From NCBI GenBank assembly GCA_977862235.1, contig OZ374562.1, positions 1,550,001-1,614,000 on the forward strand: a stretch of DNA of 64,000 bases, written 5' to 3'. Under the pieces are notes generated by a model. The model was not told where the DNA came from and made no database searches. It saw only the letters and a list, made by a program, of their open reading frames with translations. Numbering within the stretch: position 1 is the first letter of the stretch; each line of letters opens with the position of its first letter. Origin of the DNA: Dudresnaya verticillata (taxonomy: Eukaryota). Below are positions 24,561 to 36,470 of this stretch, in pieces. Position numbers and translations under genes: made by a program.

Positions 24561-27500
24561 TTATGAGGAGGAGCGAACGGCTTCGAGCCGGTTGGTGTTT
24601 CGCCGCCGCTGCGATGCGAAATAGTGGCTCACCATCTCCTCGGGGAGATGGGAACGTGGCTCCCACGTCGGCTTGCGATAGCCGGTCCACTTCACCTTGA
24701 ACACGAGCGTGCCATCGTCGGCTGTACCGTGGTCAAGGACCTTATCCACCACGAACCGCGGGCCGTCGACGGCTTTGGACGCGAGTTCCTCAGTGGTGGA
24801 TAAGTAGGCGCTGCGCTGCGCAGTATCCTCCCGTAGCGGCGGGGGACAGTAGACGGCGCGGTCCGCTGCGATGCGTTCGACCAAGCCGCCTCTGTCGATG
24901 AGCAGCGTGCGCTTGTCGTTAAGCAGCACGCGGTAGGGCCCTATCGCTGGGCTCTGGAGCTTCTTGGGTTTCTTAACCCTGTCGCTCGCGTCGATGAAGA
25001 CGTAGTCTCCCGCTCGAATGCGGGAGTTGACTTTTCTGACACGCTTGTCGAAGTCTTTCTTGTAACGCCGCTGCGTTTTTTCGAGAGCGCTCGATGCGCT
25101 TGCGAAGGCGGCGTCGAGCCGCTTGAGGAAGTCCGCGCGCACGTCCTCACTAGGTTTCGGTCTGGCCGCTGCCTTATGAAACTTAGTGAACTCCGGCGGC
25201 GGCCGGGACAGCACGAGGCTGAAGGGTGTCGTCCGCGTCGTGCGATGGACATGGCAGTTGTAGGAATACGTCAACGCCGCTGCGTATCGATCCCAGTCGT
25301 CCTGGTGATCGTTGATGTAATTCCTCAACATGGCCATGACGGTCCAGTTGTAGCGCTCAACCTGACCGTTCGCCTGCGGGTGGTAGGCGGACGTGAATAC
25401 GTTGTTCAGTCCGAGGTAGCGGCACACTGCCTGAAAGAACTTAGAGGTGAATTGCTTCCCGTTGTCGGACAACAGAGACCTCGGTGGTCCATAGTGGAAG
25501 ATCCACCTCTCACAGAACGCCACTGCGACGTGGTACGCTGTGATGGTGCGCAGCGGCGCTACTTGAGTCAGCTTCGTGAAGCGATCCGTCATGACGAGCA
25601 GGAATCGCTTTCCTGACTTCGTCTTGGGCAGCGGCCCTAGGATATCGATCGTGAGCGACTCGAGCGGCCTCGTGGCCGGGAACAACTTCAACCGATGAAG
25701 GGACCTCCGCAATCGTATGCGGTTCCTGGCACAGTGCCGACAGTTCCGAACTGTCATGGCTATGTCCGCTGACATGTGTGGCCAGTAGTAGCTCTCGCGG
25801 AGCGTGTAGAACATCCTGTTCTGGCCAGGGTGGCCAGCCAGGAGGGAGTGGTGCGAGAGCGTGAGAAGCCGCGGCTGTAGCGCTTCGGGCACCACTATTT
25901 GCTCCAACGAGGAGATGACGGGGTGACGCCGGCACAAGAGCCTGTCCTCGTCCTCGAAGAAGTGGCTATCCCGTCGACGGGACTGCCGTGCCAACACTGT
26001 TTGGCAAAAAGAGTCGCGCCGCTGCGCATCCACCAATTCCTCGACGGTTATTGGTGAAGGGAGCTTCACCGGTTCGACCCGGGTGAGGTCCGTCGGCTCT
26101 TGGCTCGCGTCGATGCGGCCAAGGTCGAAGAGGTCGACGTCGTCGCAGTCGTCCCGGGCTTCGTCGTCGGCAAGCCCCGGTGGTCGTCGCTGTCCGAGGG
26201 CTCCTTGGCTTCGCTGCCAGTGTCGTCCACTGCAGCCGGTCGATCCGGCGCCTTCCGCGTCGATGCGTTGGCTTGGGACCGCGTGGTCAGCAAGACCGAC
26301 GGTGCCTTGGGTTCGGTACTCGAGGCACCCTCCTTCTGGCGGTCGACCGCCGGGGGGTCATAGGTAGGGATCTCGTCGTCAACCTCCTCTTGCTGCGTCG
26401 AGGCCTCACCAGGCGGGACAGCGCGTCCAGCACCTGGTGTACCCTACCCGGGCGGTACTCGATCTGGAAGTCGAATTTCGCGAGTCGTAACCGCCAGCGG
26501 GTGAGGCGACCGGACGAATCGGTCAAGGACATGAGCCAGCGCAACGCGTCATGGTCGGTTCGTACCGTGAACCGGGTCCCTTCGATGTAGGGACGCAGGG
26601 TTGTGATCGACCACACCACTGCAAAGCACTCGCGCTCCGTGGCCGAGTAGTTTCGCTCCGCTGAGCTTAGTGAGTAAGACCAGTACCCAACGGGGTGTAA
26701 CTGGCCGTCCTCTTGCTCCTGGAGCAGGGCGCATCCGAGCTGGTACGCCGATGCGTCCGTGTCGAGGACGTACGGCTTGCCCTCGCGAGGGAGCCGTAGG
26801 ATAGGAGGCGATAAGAGTGTCGCCCGCAGCGTCTCGAATGCCTCTAGCGCCGCTGCGCTTGGATTATCGAAATCCACATCCGCATCCTTGCGGGTCATAT
26901 CCGTCAGCGGACGAGCGATCTTCGCGAAGTTCCTGACGAAGCGGTGGTAAGCGTTACACGCCCCGAGGAAAGACCTCACTTTGGTTAGGGAGGTCGGGAA
27001 CTGCGCATGGCGGAACGCGTCGATGCTTGTCTTCGCCATGCGTAGTTTCCCCGGCTCGATCACGTGACCGAGGTAGTCCACGCGGGACTGGAAGAAGTGG
27101 CACTTCTTCAGCTTCACAGACACGCCGCCCTTGCGAAGCAGAGTCAGCACGCGGTCTAGGTGACCGACGTGCTCCGCGATCGACCGCGAGAATATGATCA
27201 CATCATCGAGATAGATCAAACAACACTGCCATCTAACTCCGCTGAGTATGATGTCCAGTGCACGCTGGAAAGTCGCAGGGGCGTTCTTCAGTCCGAAGGG
27301 CATCCGCAGATAGCGGAACGTCCCTAGGAACGTCGTGAACGTGGTCTTATCCCTGTCAGCCGCTGCGACAGGGATTTGCCAGTACCCCGCGTTACAATCC
27401 AGCGTGGAGAAAATGGCAGCGTCGCCAAGACTGTCGATACAGTCATCCATGCGTGGGAGTGGGTACGCATCGCTCAGGGTTTTGGTGTTAAGACGTCGAT

Positions 27501-28788
27501 AGTCCACACAAAACCTGAGCGTGCCATCCTTCTTGGGCGCCAGAACGACTGGCGATGCCCACTCCGACGTGGCGGGTTCGATTACCCCTGCACGCAGCAT
27601 GGTCTCGACCTCGTTCTGTACGAGCTTCCGCATAGCGGGGCCCTGTCGATAGGGCATTGAGCGAATTGGCCGCGTGCCGGGTTCCACGTCGATGTGGTGT
27701 TGCGTAGCGGCAATCGTGCCTAGCCTCCCGTCCCACATGGACTGATGCTTCCGAAGCATGGCGAGGACTTCTTCGCGGGTGACCTTGTCTTTGATAGACG
27801 AAAGGTCCACCTGCGACTCCCAGTCCTCGATGGACTCTCTTTTCTCCGCCGCTGCGGTTGCTGCCCCTTGGAGCTTTGTGGGCTCGGGGCCCCTCGCCAT
27901 CGACGGCGTGACTGGGGGGTCGTTGCTCCCCTTACCCCTGGGCCGCTGCCCTTTGTGGGGAAGGGTGGTGATATTCATCACCCTCCCGAACTCTTCCGCG
28001 ACGTCGCGGTCCGGGATTATTAGGGCGACTGGGTTGCGGACCGCATAGCCAACCACGGTACCCTTCGGTAGGGTCCGGGCTTTGTCCGTCCAGTTGCCCA
28101 TGCTAACCCCGAAGGGTCGCCCCGACTCGATGTCGTGCACCCCGTTGGTCAGTCTCACGCCGTGGCGGAACTGCAACGAGGGTTTGGGCTCCGTGTGGAT
28201 TAACCCACTAGCCCCCGACGTCACCGAGACGAGCCTCTGCGAGTAGGCTGGGACAACCACCTGCCTAGCGAGGCGTATGGTGTGGGTATCGTGATCCCAG
28301 TCGAGAAGCTCCCGCTGGTGCTTCTTCGACAAACCCTTCGATGGGTTCTTCGGCTGCGTTGCCGGACCGGTTCCCTCGCTAGGGTTCCTGAGGCTGAGGA
28401 TGGGCACCGGGCCTCCTTTCCTCAGCGTCAGCCTTCTCGACTCGACGTCGATTCCGCGCACGTGCGCATTGATAAACTGCGTGCCTATCAGTACGTCGAC
28501 CGCGAGCGTGTCGGCGACGATGAAAGGCACGCGGAACGTCGTGTTCCCCAACCTCATCGAGAGGTGGACGACGCCGGACAGCCTCAGCGGAGTCTTGTCG
28601 GCGCCTGCCAGGCGTGGCGCGGAGTCGATCTCTGATGCGTTTTCCTCCCAGCCTGCGGGCAGGGCACCTCGAGCGATGAGGTTGTACCCGGAGCCGGTGT
28701 CCATCGCGATGGTGTGGGGTATCATAACCCGCGGGTCCGCACCGAGGGACCCGGACACTCGGTAAATCTCGGAGGACAGGAGGCACAC
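24561..28788 (-). pseudogene. pol: pol of element D (PR, RT, RNase H, integrase, chromodomain), frameshifted near 26300
   Basis: MDTGSG; IYLDDVII; DTDAS; HHSLLAGHPG..CRHC; IDILGP..SDNG..QVERYN; IGPY; FVVDKVLDH..FKVKWTGY..TWEP. Confidence 0.95.
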
Positions 28789-29217
28789 GTACCCATCGGG
28801 GGTAGTGGCCGGCTCTGCGTCGATGCATGGAGCCCCGGTACCCTCGCGTCGAGCGTCGGGTACCGCCTGTCCCGCCGTTGGGGAGCTGCGCCCTTTTCGC
28901 CTAGCCTGCCGCTTGCGTCGACCGCGGCGGCCAGGGTGGCTTGGTACGCGTCGCCCACGACGTCCCGTCGACCGGGACGTCGTTCGTGTCCTTCGAAGCG
29001 CCGCTGCGCTCGACGTGGGGGCTCGCTGCTCCCAACGCCGTCGAAGGTGGAAGGGACGGTGGGTCAGGTGTTGGACAAGACGGTGCGCGCGACCGCACGA
29101 GCAGCGCCGCCTTTATTCTTTTTCCGGATCGACCCGGTCAGAATTATCCTCGGAATCCGAACTTTCGTGCTCGATTCCGATTGGGTGTTTCGTAACCCCT
29201 GAGGCGCCTTGCGTCGA

Positions 29218-31539
29218 TCACGGAGGCGTATCAAAAAGGAGAGGGGACTCGCTTCCCTGCGCGATGGCTGTCTCTCCCTTGTGCCGCGCGTCGAGCCCTT
29301 GCGGAAGCCACTCGTCGGCGGTGAGGCCTGTGTGCTCCTGCACCGTTATAACTGCTCGGAGCAGTTCGCGGCGCGGGTCGGCCCTCGGAGGCGTCGATGC
29401 CTGAGGTTGACGGCCAGCGTGCTCGTCGAAGCCGACCCGCTTATCGCGCAGCAGGAGCCGCGGTGCGTCGCCTTGGCGGTACTCGCGGCGTGGGTCTCGA
29501 CGATCCCCGCGGTACCCCTGCGGCTCTCCGCGGTACCTTGGTGCGTCCATGCGCTGCGGGGGACCTCTCGCGTCGAAGCGTCGGTCTCCACCCCGCGGCG
29601 CATCGTAGCGCCGTGCGGGGCTCCTTGTTCTTGCGCCCGCTGGCGCGCGCTCGTCGATGAGCTGTTGGAGCATATTGCGCGAATGCGGCTGCGTTTCCAT
29701 TCGATGGTTGCAGTTCGCATACGCGCAGTACGTCTGCTGTTCCTTCGTGCGGTACGGGCACGAATACATGATGTGCCCGACCTCGCGGCAGAACCAGCAG
29801 ATGTACCATCCCTGTCGATCAGGGATGACTGCGCGTGCCATCGCCTCCTGCGTTGGAGTGAGCGGTGGTATGCGCTTGGGTAGGACCGCGTCGATGCGTC
29901 CTGTAATGTCGAGGGTCTCGACGGCCTCGGCCGACCCGGCTGTCGATAGCGCGGGTGCGACCATCACGGGTTCGAACCCGTCGGCGTCGGGGTCCACCAG
30001 CATTGTGCTGTCGATAGCAACTTCCCCGCTGGGATAGCTTGGTGGGCCCTCGATGAGCAGTGTACGGCCGCTTGCCGAGCTGCCCCCTGACCTGCCGCGC
30101 CCCGAGGTGTTCGTAGGCTGTGCTGCCTTTGCCGAACGGGTGCGGTAGGTTGTGCCCTCGCTATGGGCACTCCGACGAACGGTACTAAAATTGGTCTGTT
30201 CGACCATAGGCAGCTGCCTGACCCTCTCCGCCACTGCGGGTCTTTTCGTGGGAAGCAGGCCCCGAAGGAACTGATGCGTCAGGTTCTCATCGGAGTATAC
30301 GCCAGCGCAGGCGTCCGCATACCCTTCGAGGCGAGTAGCGAACTCAAGCTCGGACTCGGCGTCCCTCTACTTGGCGGTGGTCAGCCGGTCATGGGCATCT
30401 GCGATGACGTCGTCCGTGACGAACCTCTCGACGAGGGTATTGACCACCGAGGCCCAGCAGGGTGGGGTGCCGCGCTGCGTTGTGCGCACCCCAGAGAACA
30501 GGTGACTCGAGTACACACCTGCGACGCGGTTCCATCGAGGAACCAGGACACCACCCGCGCCGCTGCGCCTTCGGATAGTCCAACGCCATTGAATGCTTGG
30601 CGTAGCTGTCGAAGCACACCAAGCAGGCGAATCGGCTCCTTGCCGTCGAACCGGTCGAGCCGGAGCATCAGGGCCTTCATGCGGCTGACAATCTTCGCAG
30701 TGTTGCCGCTGCACACCTGCTGTTGATTGTCCCGCTGATCTACGTCATCAAGACGGTACGAGCGGTAGTCGATCGCCTTAGCGAACTCTGGCACCAACGT
30801 GGTTAAAGGCTCGATGCCTGCCATGAGTGGGCCCCAATGCCAATAGGCAGAGACGGGGCCCTCGTGCTGTCGGGGGGTCGGTCCCCCCTTTGTGTTTTGC
30901 CCGTCGAGGGCTTGTTGGAGCAACCTGGGGTCGACCCCGTAGAACGGATTGGGGTCCCCACTCGGATGGTGCGACCCCGCCGCACTCCTCGGTGGAGATG
31001 GTGGTGGTGAAGGAAAGTGGTGCCGAGCTCGTTGCTCGGCAAGTATGGCAGCGGCCAATTCTTTAACTGCACCCGCTGGTGACTGCGGTCGCGGAGGAGA
31101 GCGCTGCGCCGACGACGGGCCTGTAGCCCGTTGGCGTTGCCGCGTCGGCGCGCTCTATCAACTCAACGGGGCGGCGTAGCTCATCGAGGAGCCCCTGTGA
31201 CCGGGTTATTCCGTCCTCGATGGACGCCAAAGGACCGCGTCGAAGCGTGTCCAGGTCTTGCTGGCCGTCGGCCTTCGCCTCAGCTATCGAAGCTGTAAGG
31301 TGGTCGTACACCTCGGCTAGCGAGTCCATGGTCTCCTCATAGAGCAGCTGGAGGTCGGCCACCGAGACCAGACTCCCGGCGAGGGCCTTTTGCAGCGCGG
31401 CCCTCCGCTCGAGCCTCACATCGTGTAGAGGAGTACCTGAGACGCCGATGGTACTCAGTATTGAGGTGCGACGCGTCGCGTCCTCAACTTTTCCGGCAGC
31501 GGCCGATGCGGCAGCGGCCGGGTCAGGAGGACTCGACAT
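29218..31539 (-). pseudogene. gag: gag of element D (disrupted)
   Basis: DYRSYRLDD, RFDGKEPIRLL and zinc knuckle CWFCREVGHIMYSC, spread over several frames. Confidence 0.85.
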
Positions 31540-31601
31540 CCTTTACGTCGATCGCGTCGATGCGAGAAGTACTTGGGTCTCGACGACTTCTAGGTCGGGA
31601 G

Positions 31602-32498
31602 TGTAGTGCAAAACGTCTTTGACGGACACTGCCGAGCAGTTCGGGGCTCGGTGGTAGCGACGCCTGCGGCGATGAGTGGCCTTGACGTGGGCGTCTGGTG
31701 GTAGAGCGGTTGACTCGCCTTGGGCGGACTGTAAACGCCCTTGGCGGAAAAGAAGAACAAAAGGAAACAGAAAAGGAACACGTCGAGGACGGGTAGAGAC
31801 GTGGAAGCACGGAGGTAGACGCTTAGCCGTAGGCAGCGGTAAGGTACGCGCGTGCTGAACGGGGAAGTCTGGACCAAGGCCGGCTTGCCGGGGTTTACTG
31901 TGACGTCTGAGACGGATCAACTAAGTACAGGATTACCTAGCGGCGGCGACGCGGATGTACGCGTAATGCGGGAACTCGGGACACGTGTTGTCCCGAGGCG
32001 CGTCTGACAGATCCGTCCGTCATGCAGCCGCGCTCCTGACAGATCACGCGTAGTTCCCCGCGCGAGTCCTTACACCTACACGTGGATCCTTTCCTTACAG
32101 CCGCGCGCGCGCCTCATGGCGCGAGCGATCTCGATCCGTACCGATCCCGATCCAGTCCGGATTCGGGCCAGCGATGCGGATGCGCCAGGCTTACAGGCGT
32201 GTGCCTTACACCCCTTAATCCCGATGTGGGATCCCGATTGGATCCGGATTCGGGCCACGCTTACAGCGAACGTTCCCGCCACTGCGCCACGCGCGCACGC
32301 GTGGCGCCGTACAGTGGCCGGGTTCAGGCGTGCGGTCTGCACGCCCAGTGAGCCGTTCTGGCCCAAGTGGCCAGCGGCATGCGTCGGTGACGTGTTTGCG
32401 CCGCGGGCGGGTTGAGCGCGCCGTTGGCGGTCGTCCGTCGGTAGACGCTGCATATTAACGCTTGAAAGGGAAAACGGGGGACCCCCCCTGGCACTACA
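31602..32498 (-). repeat. 3' LTR of element E
   Basis: TGTAGTGC...GCACTACA, near-identical to 43897-44793. Confidence 0.95.
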
Positions 32499-32960
32499 CG
32501 ACCCCCTCCGAAAACGCAAACACGTCAACCTGCTTCAGCCTGCCTGCCTTCCCGCGTCTGCGTCTCTTCCAGTGCCGATCGTGTCGGTCACCCGCGTCTT
32601 CGCGCCTGCGTTTTCCCGCCCTGGGCGTTGGTTGAGCCCCGTCAAAGACGCACGTTCAGTTGTCCACCCGCCGTTGGCGCAGCAAGAACTCCGTCGAAGA
32701 CGTGTTGTTGACTAACTTCGCCAGTGGCGTGCGTGAAACCCCGTCGTTGACGTCGTATCTTGTGCACGCGTGCGTGCGCTCATCGCCTAGGGCGTTTCTT
32801 TGAGGTCCGCCTTCGGCGTTGTTCAGTCCAGCGTCGTTGACGTGTGCCGTGTTTGCTTCCGCCTTTGGCGTAGTTGACTCCACTGCGGAGTCCGAGACCG
32901 TCGTTGACGTATCGTGTGAAGTCCGCCAGTGGCGTGTGATTACTCAACGTCTCAGACGTA

Positions 32961-35267
32961 ATGGCGCAGTTCACTGGCCTGCAAGTGGCTGCGCCTTCGG
33001 CGGCGCCGGTGTATCCGTCCCCCTTCGACTTCGTCGGGAGGACGCCCCGCAACGATGCGCGATTATTCTCGCGGGCCCCCTGGTTCGACCAGGAGGCCCT
33101 GCGACACGAGGATCTCATCACCCATTACGCTGTGAGCGGATTTTTGCCAGGGGAGTTGCCCCTGGCCGTCGTGTGGACGAACGAGTGGCGCCACCGGTGC
33201 GCCATTCCGCGGGGTTGGCTGCGTATTGCCGCTGGCCAGACGCGTGCAGATGCACATGCGCGTTTCGTCGTCGACGTATATCGGCGGTTTACCCGCTACC
33301 CGGGGTCGGTATTGACGCCCACCGTCTTTGAATTTGACGCAGGGCAGTACCGCACAAATGGCGAGGTGGGTTATGGGGACCGTCTTGGGACGTTGTCGTT
33401 AAGCCATGTGGCTGTTTTGGCTGAGCCGCGGGTGCTTCAGGAGGCTAACCTCCTTGGTGTACGCTTGAAAGCGGATTTCAGATACTTGCATAGGACGGGC
33501 ACCTTCTATTGGGAGCGCTGCGTCCGTTGGGAGTGTGAAACGCGCCGCCGCAAAGGCGTTTTTGTACCGTATCAAGATACGCAGGTTGATCGCATTGAGC
33601 GGGAAAAGTTGCCGCATTGCTTCATTCGCGTCCCGCCGATGTGGCGGGACTTTGAGGTCTGCGAGGGCTTTGCGGCTGAATTGCCTCCGTGTGTCACGTA
33701 TATTGGCTCCGAGTTGCGGACGGATCCGTACTCCCGATGTTGGATCGTATTTTTCACCGAGTGGGTCATCAACGTAACTTACGCATGGATGTGGGAGGTG
33801 TATGATACCTTCCGGCTCTATTATGTGCCGCCACGCGTAGTCAGCCTCCTTGGTGGGCTTGACTTGACCGAAGTGCTGGGTGGTGCCAGGAACTGCCAAG
33901 AGTTCTGGGATTTACGCCATGTGGCGGATAACGTCAACTGGGACGACCCGGTAGCTGTGCCGCCGGGAAACCGGCGCCGTAAGGCAAACCGTCCGTGTTA
34001 CGCGGTGAGTAGGAATCATTCCGCCTGTGGCGATTGGGTATGGTACAACCCGTGGATCAAACGTCTTACGACGGAGAAAATCGCTGAGAGTCATCGTCGA
34101 ACGGACCGCTTCACGCCAGCGAATCACCCACGTGGGTTACGCAAGAATTGCGACTTTTCGGGGGATTTCCCACCCCACTTGAGCGCCTTGATGGCGGAGG
34201 AGGATGCGTTTCACGCTAGCAGCGGACCGGTTAACCCGTCTGGGACGGACGTCGTTACGCCTATGGCGGTTGAGCTTACTGCGGGGGCGTCAGCTCCCGC
34301 GACGATTTCGCCAGCGGCGGTAGGGCCGTCGGCTGTTGTGCCTGTTGGCTTGCCGTCGGTTGCGCCGTTGGATCTCTCGGCTCCCGTCAATGACGGTGAT
34401 GGTGATGCCATCATGGCTGCGCCCATGGCGAGTTCTGCGTCTGCAGTTACGCCTCAAGGCGGCTTGTCTAACGTCGCTGACGGTGCGAATCGCCCTCCTG
34501 CAGTGCCCGAGTGGACTGAGGAGCAGCGCCGCACGGTGCTCGCATTCTTGCGAGCTACCGGTGTCGTCACTGACGGGTCGGGCGGGTCATCCACGACGCC
34601 CCTCGGGCACTCGCTTCTGGCTGCTCTGCAGCCCAGCGTTGCTGCGGTTCCGACGTCGACCGTCGTTGCGACTGCGCCATCTAACGACGAAGGTGTAGCG
34701 TCTAATGACGGAGTGGCGGAAAAGCCTTTGTCGCCTAAGGCGGGTTGTGCGAGTTCGTCCGCCATTGCGTCCACTGACGTTGGTAACAAAAGTCCTCCAA
34801 AGGCGAGTGCGGTGGTAGCGCCTACGGGGGTCCCGCAGGCTCCAGTGGCCTCTTCGTCGGTGACGGTTGTTGATCGTTCAACGCCTTCGGCGGTTAATGC
34901 GGTCCCGTCAACGGAGGTGCCGGGGCCGTCGACTGCGCCCAAGGCGGTTGAGGATGCTCCGCCGCCAAAGGCGCGTGAGCGTCCTGTTGTAGCGCCTAAG
35001 GCGGATAATGACTCTAACGTTGCGCCTATGGCGGTTGACGAACAGTCGTTGCCTAAGGCGGGTTGTGAGACAGGTGCGTCGCCAGCGGCGGGTGTCGTGA
35101 CTTCGACAGCAGTGGTTGTGGCGGGTCCCTTGCGGTCCGTTCCTGCCCCTGCTGCGAGCGTACCGTCGGTGACGGAGGACGACCTCTATGAAGAGGCGTT
35201 AAGAGAGTCCGCCAATGGCGTTGGGGATGATGCTCCACTTGAGCCGTCTGCAACGAAAAAGGCGTAG
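32961..35267 (+). CDS. Intact antisense accessory ORF of element E, 768 aa, unknown function
   Basis: ATG-to-stop ORF opposite to gag-pol. Trp/Tyr-rich globular N-half containing FIRVPPMWRDFEVCEGFAAELPPCVTY...EWVINVTY...RLYYVPPRVVSLL; Ala/Pro/Ser/Val-rich C-half. Confidence 0.85.
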   Translation: MAQFTGLQVAAPSAAPVYPSPFDFVGRTPRNDARLFSRAPWFDQEALRHEDLITHYAVSGFLPGELPLAVVWTNEWRHRCAIPRGWLRIAAGQTRADAHARFVVDVYRRFTRYPGSVLTPTVFEFDAGQYRTNGEVGYGDRLGTLSLSHVAVLAEPRVLQEANLLGVRLKADFRYLHRTGTFYWERCVRWECETRRRKGVFVPYQDTQVDRIEREKLPHCFIRVPPMWRDFEVCEGFAAELPPCVTYIGSELRTDPYSRCWIVFFTEWVINVTYAWMWEVYDTFRLYYVPPRVVSLLGGLDLTEVLGGARNCQEFWDLRHVADNVNWDDPVAVPPGNRRRKANRPCYAVSRNHSACGDWVWYNPWIKRLTTEKIAESHRRTDRFTPANHPRGLRKNCDFSGDFPPHLSALMAEEDAFHASSGPVNPSGTDVVTPMAVELTAGASAPATISPAAVGPSAVVPVGLPSVAPLDLSAPVNDGDGDAIMAAPMASSASAVTPQGGLSNVADGANRPPAVPEWTEEQRRTVLAFLRATGVVTDGSGGSSTTPLGHSLLAALQPSVAAVPTSTVVATAPSNDEGVASNDGVAEKPLSPKAGCASSSAIASTDVGNKSPPKASAVVAPTGVPQAPVASSSVTVVDRSTPSAVNAVPSTEVPGPSTAPKAVEDAPPPKARERPVVAPKADNDSNVAPMAVDEQSLPKAGCETGASPAAGVVTSTAVVVAGPLRSVPAPAASVPSVTEDDLYEEALRESANGVGDDAPLEPSATKKA

Positions 35268-36470
35268 CCTTTGTTAGGTCGCTAAGAACGATTAGCGAAC
35301 GCGAGAGCGCGTGTGGTGTCGCTTTGCCTGCCCCGTGGTGGGGCGGCGAGCGAGGGATTCATACGTCATAGACGGTTAGTGCCGCGTCTCACGACGTAGG
35401 TCGTAGTGGAAGCTCATGCGGGCACGGGGGTTACCCTCGCTTGTGAAGCCCGAATAAACTTGACCGTTGTCCAACGTAGTTGCTTATGTGTCCGCTTGAT
35501 GTAGAGCGCTGCGATAGCGAGCAGTAGGTAGCCGACGGGTCCCGTTCGTATAGACGTTGTTGTTGTCTGTCCGCTGTAGTAGCGTTTGCGTAAAGGCTTG
35601 GGGCGGTGCCGCCTTGATGGCGTTTTTCTCTTTCCTTGATGCCGCTACATTAGCGTAAACCCTTTTGGGAGGGTCCATTTTCTCATGCCGACTTAGTCGT
35701 TTTGTTCCAATTGTGGTTCCGCTTGTTGAGCGAATATGTAGTTGGGGAGCCGTTTGTCGGTAGGCTTTTCGTCTTTGACGTAGAGCATGTTGGGTTAGCG
35801 TCGGGGACGGTTAGCTTGGCGACGCGCCGCGCGTGGGGCGCGTTTCTTGCGACTCCTGGGCGTGGATGCCGCGCCCAGCGGCGGAGTCATTTTTGCGATT
35901 AGCGCGTCGTGCACGAAACGTAGCCCAACTCCGTATTCGACGACTTCTTCTTCTCTCGTGTTTGCGGGCGACCCCTTTTTCGACTTGAGACACGTCGTTG
36001 ACGTTCGCGGGCGTCACCCTCGAGGCGGTTGCGTGCGCCGCCCGTAAGGGTGGCGAGTTTCGGACTTGGCCGTGAGTGGAGCGCCTGGGCGAGGACGTCG
36101 GAGACGGTCGGTCGCGTCCGTGCTCGGGTGCCTCGTGGGCGTTCGTAGTGCTGGGCACACACTTTTCAGGTTCTCTTTTGTTGGGCGCCGCCGCCTGGCT
36201 GGTGCCTTCGCGTTATTGTTTTCACATTAAAAATTTCCATTCGTTTGTTGCCCGATTTCGTGTGGTGCGTGCGCCCTCCACGCCTCCTGACTACTGTCAG
36301 CCGTCCTGTCCTTACGGACCCCCTCCGAAGAGGGTTGCCTATTCGCGTGTCGCCAACCCAATCGTCCTTGATCCGGTTGATTACAGCCCCCGTCGTTCGT
36401 AACGAGTGCACGTCGGCGGCACTTTGTATGTGGCGTGTGTTGTCGCTTCCAGCGTCCACCCTGACTAGGG

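Noticed and set aside
32961..35267. Extra ORFs as envelope genes
   Set aside because: Antisense orientation and no signal peptide or transmembrane anchor.
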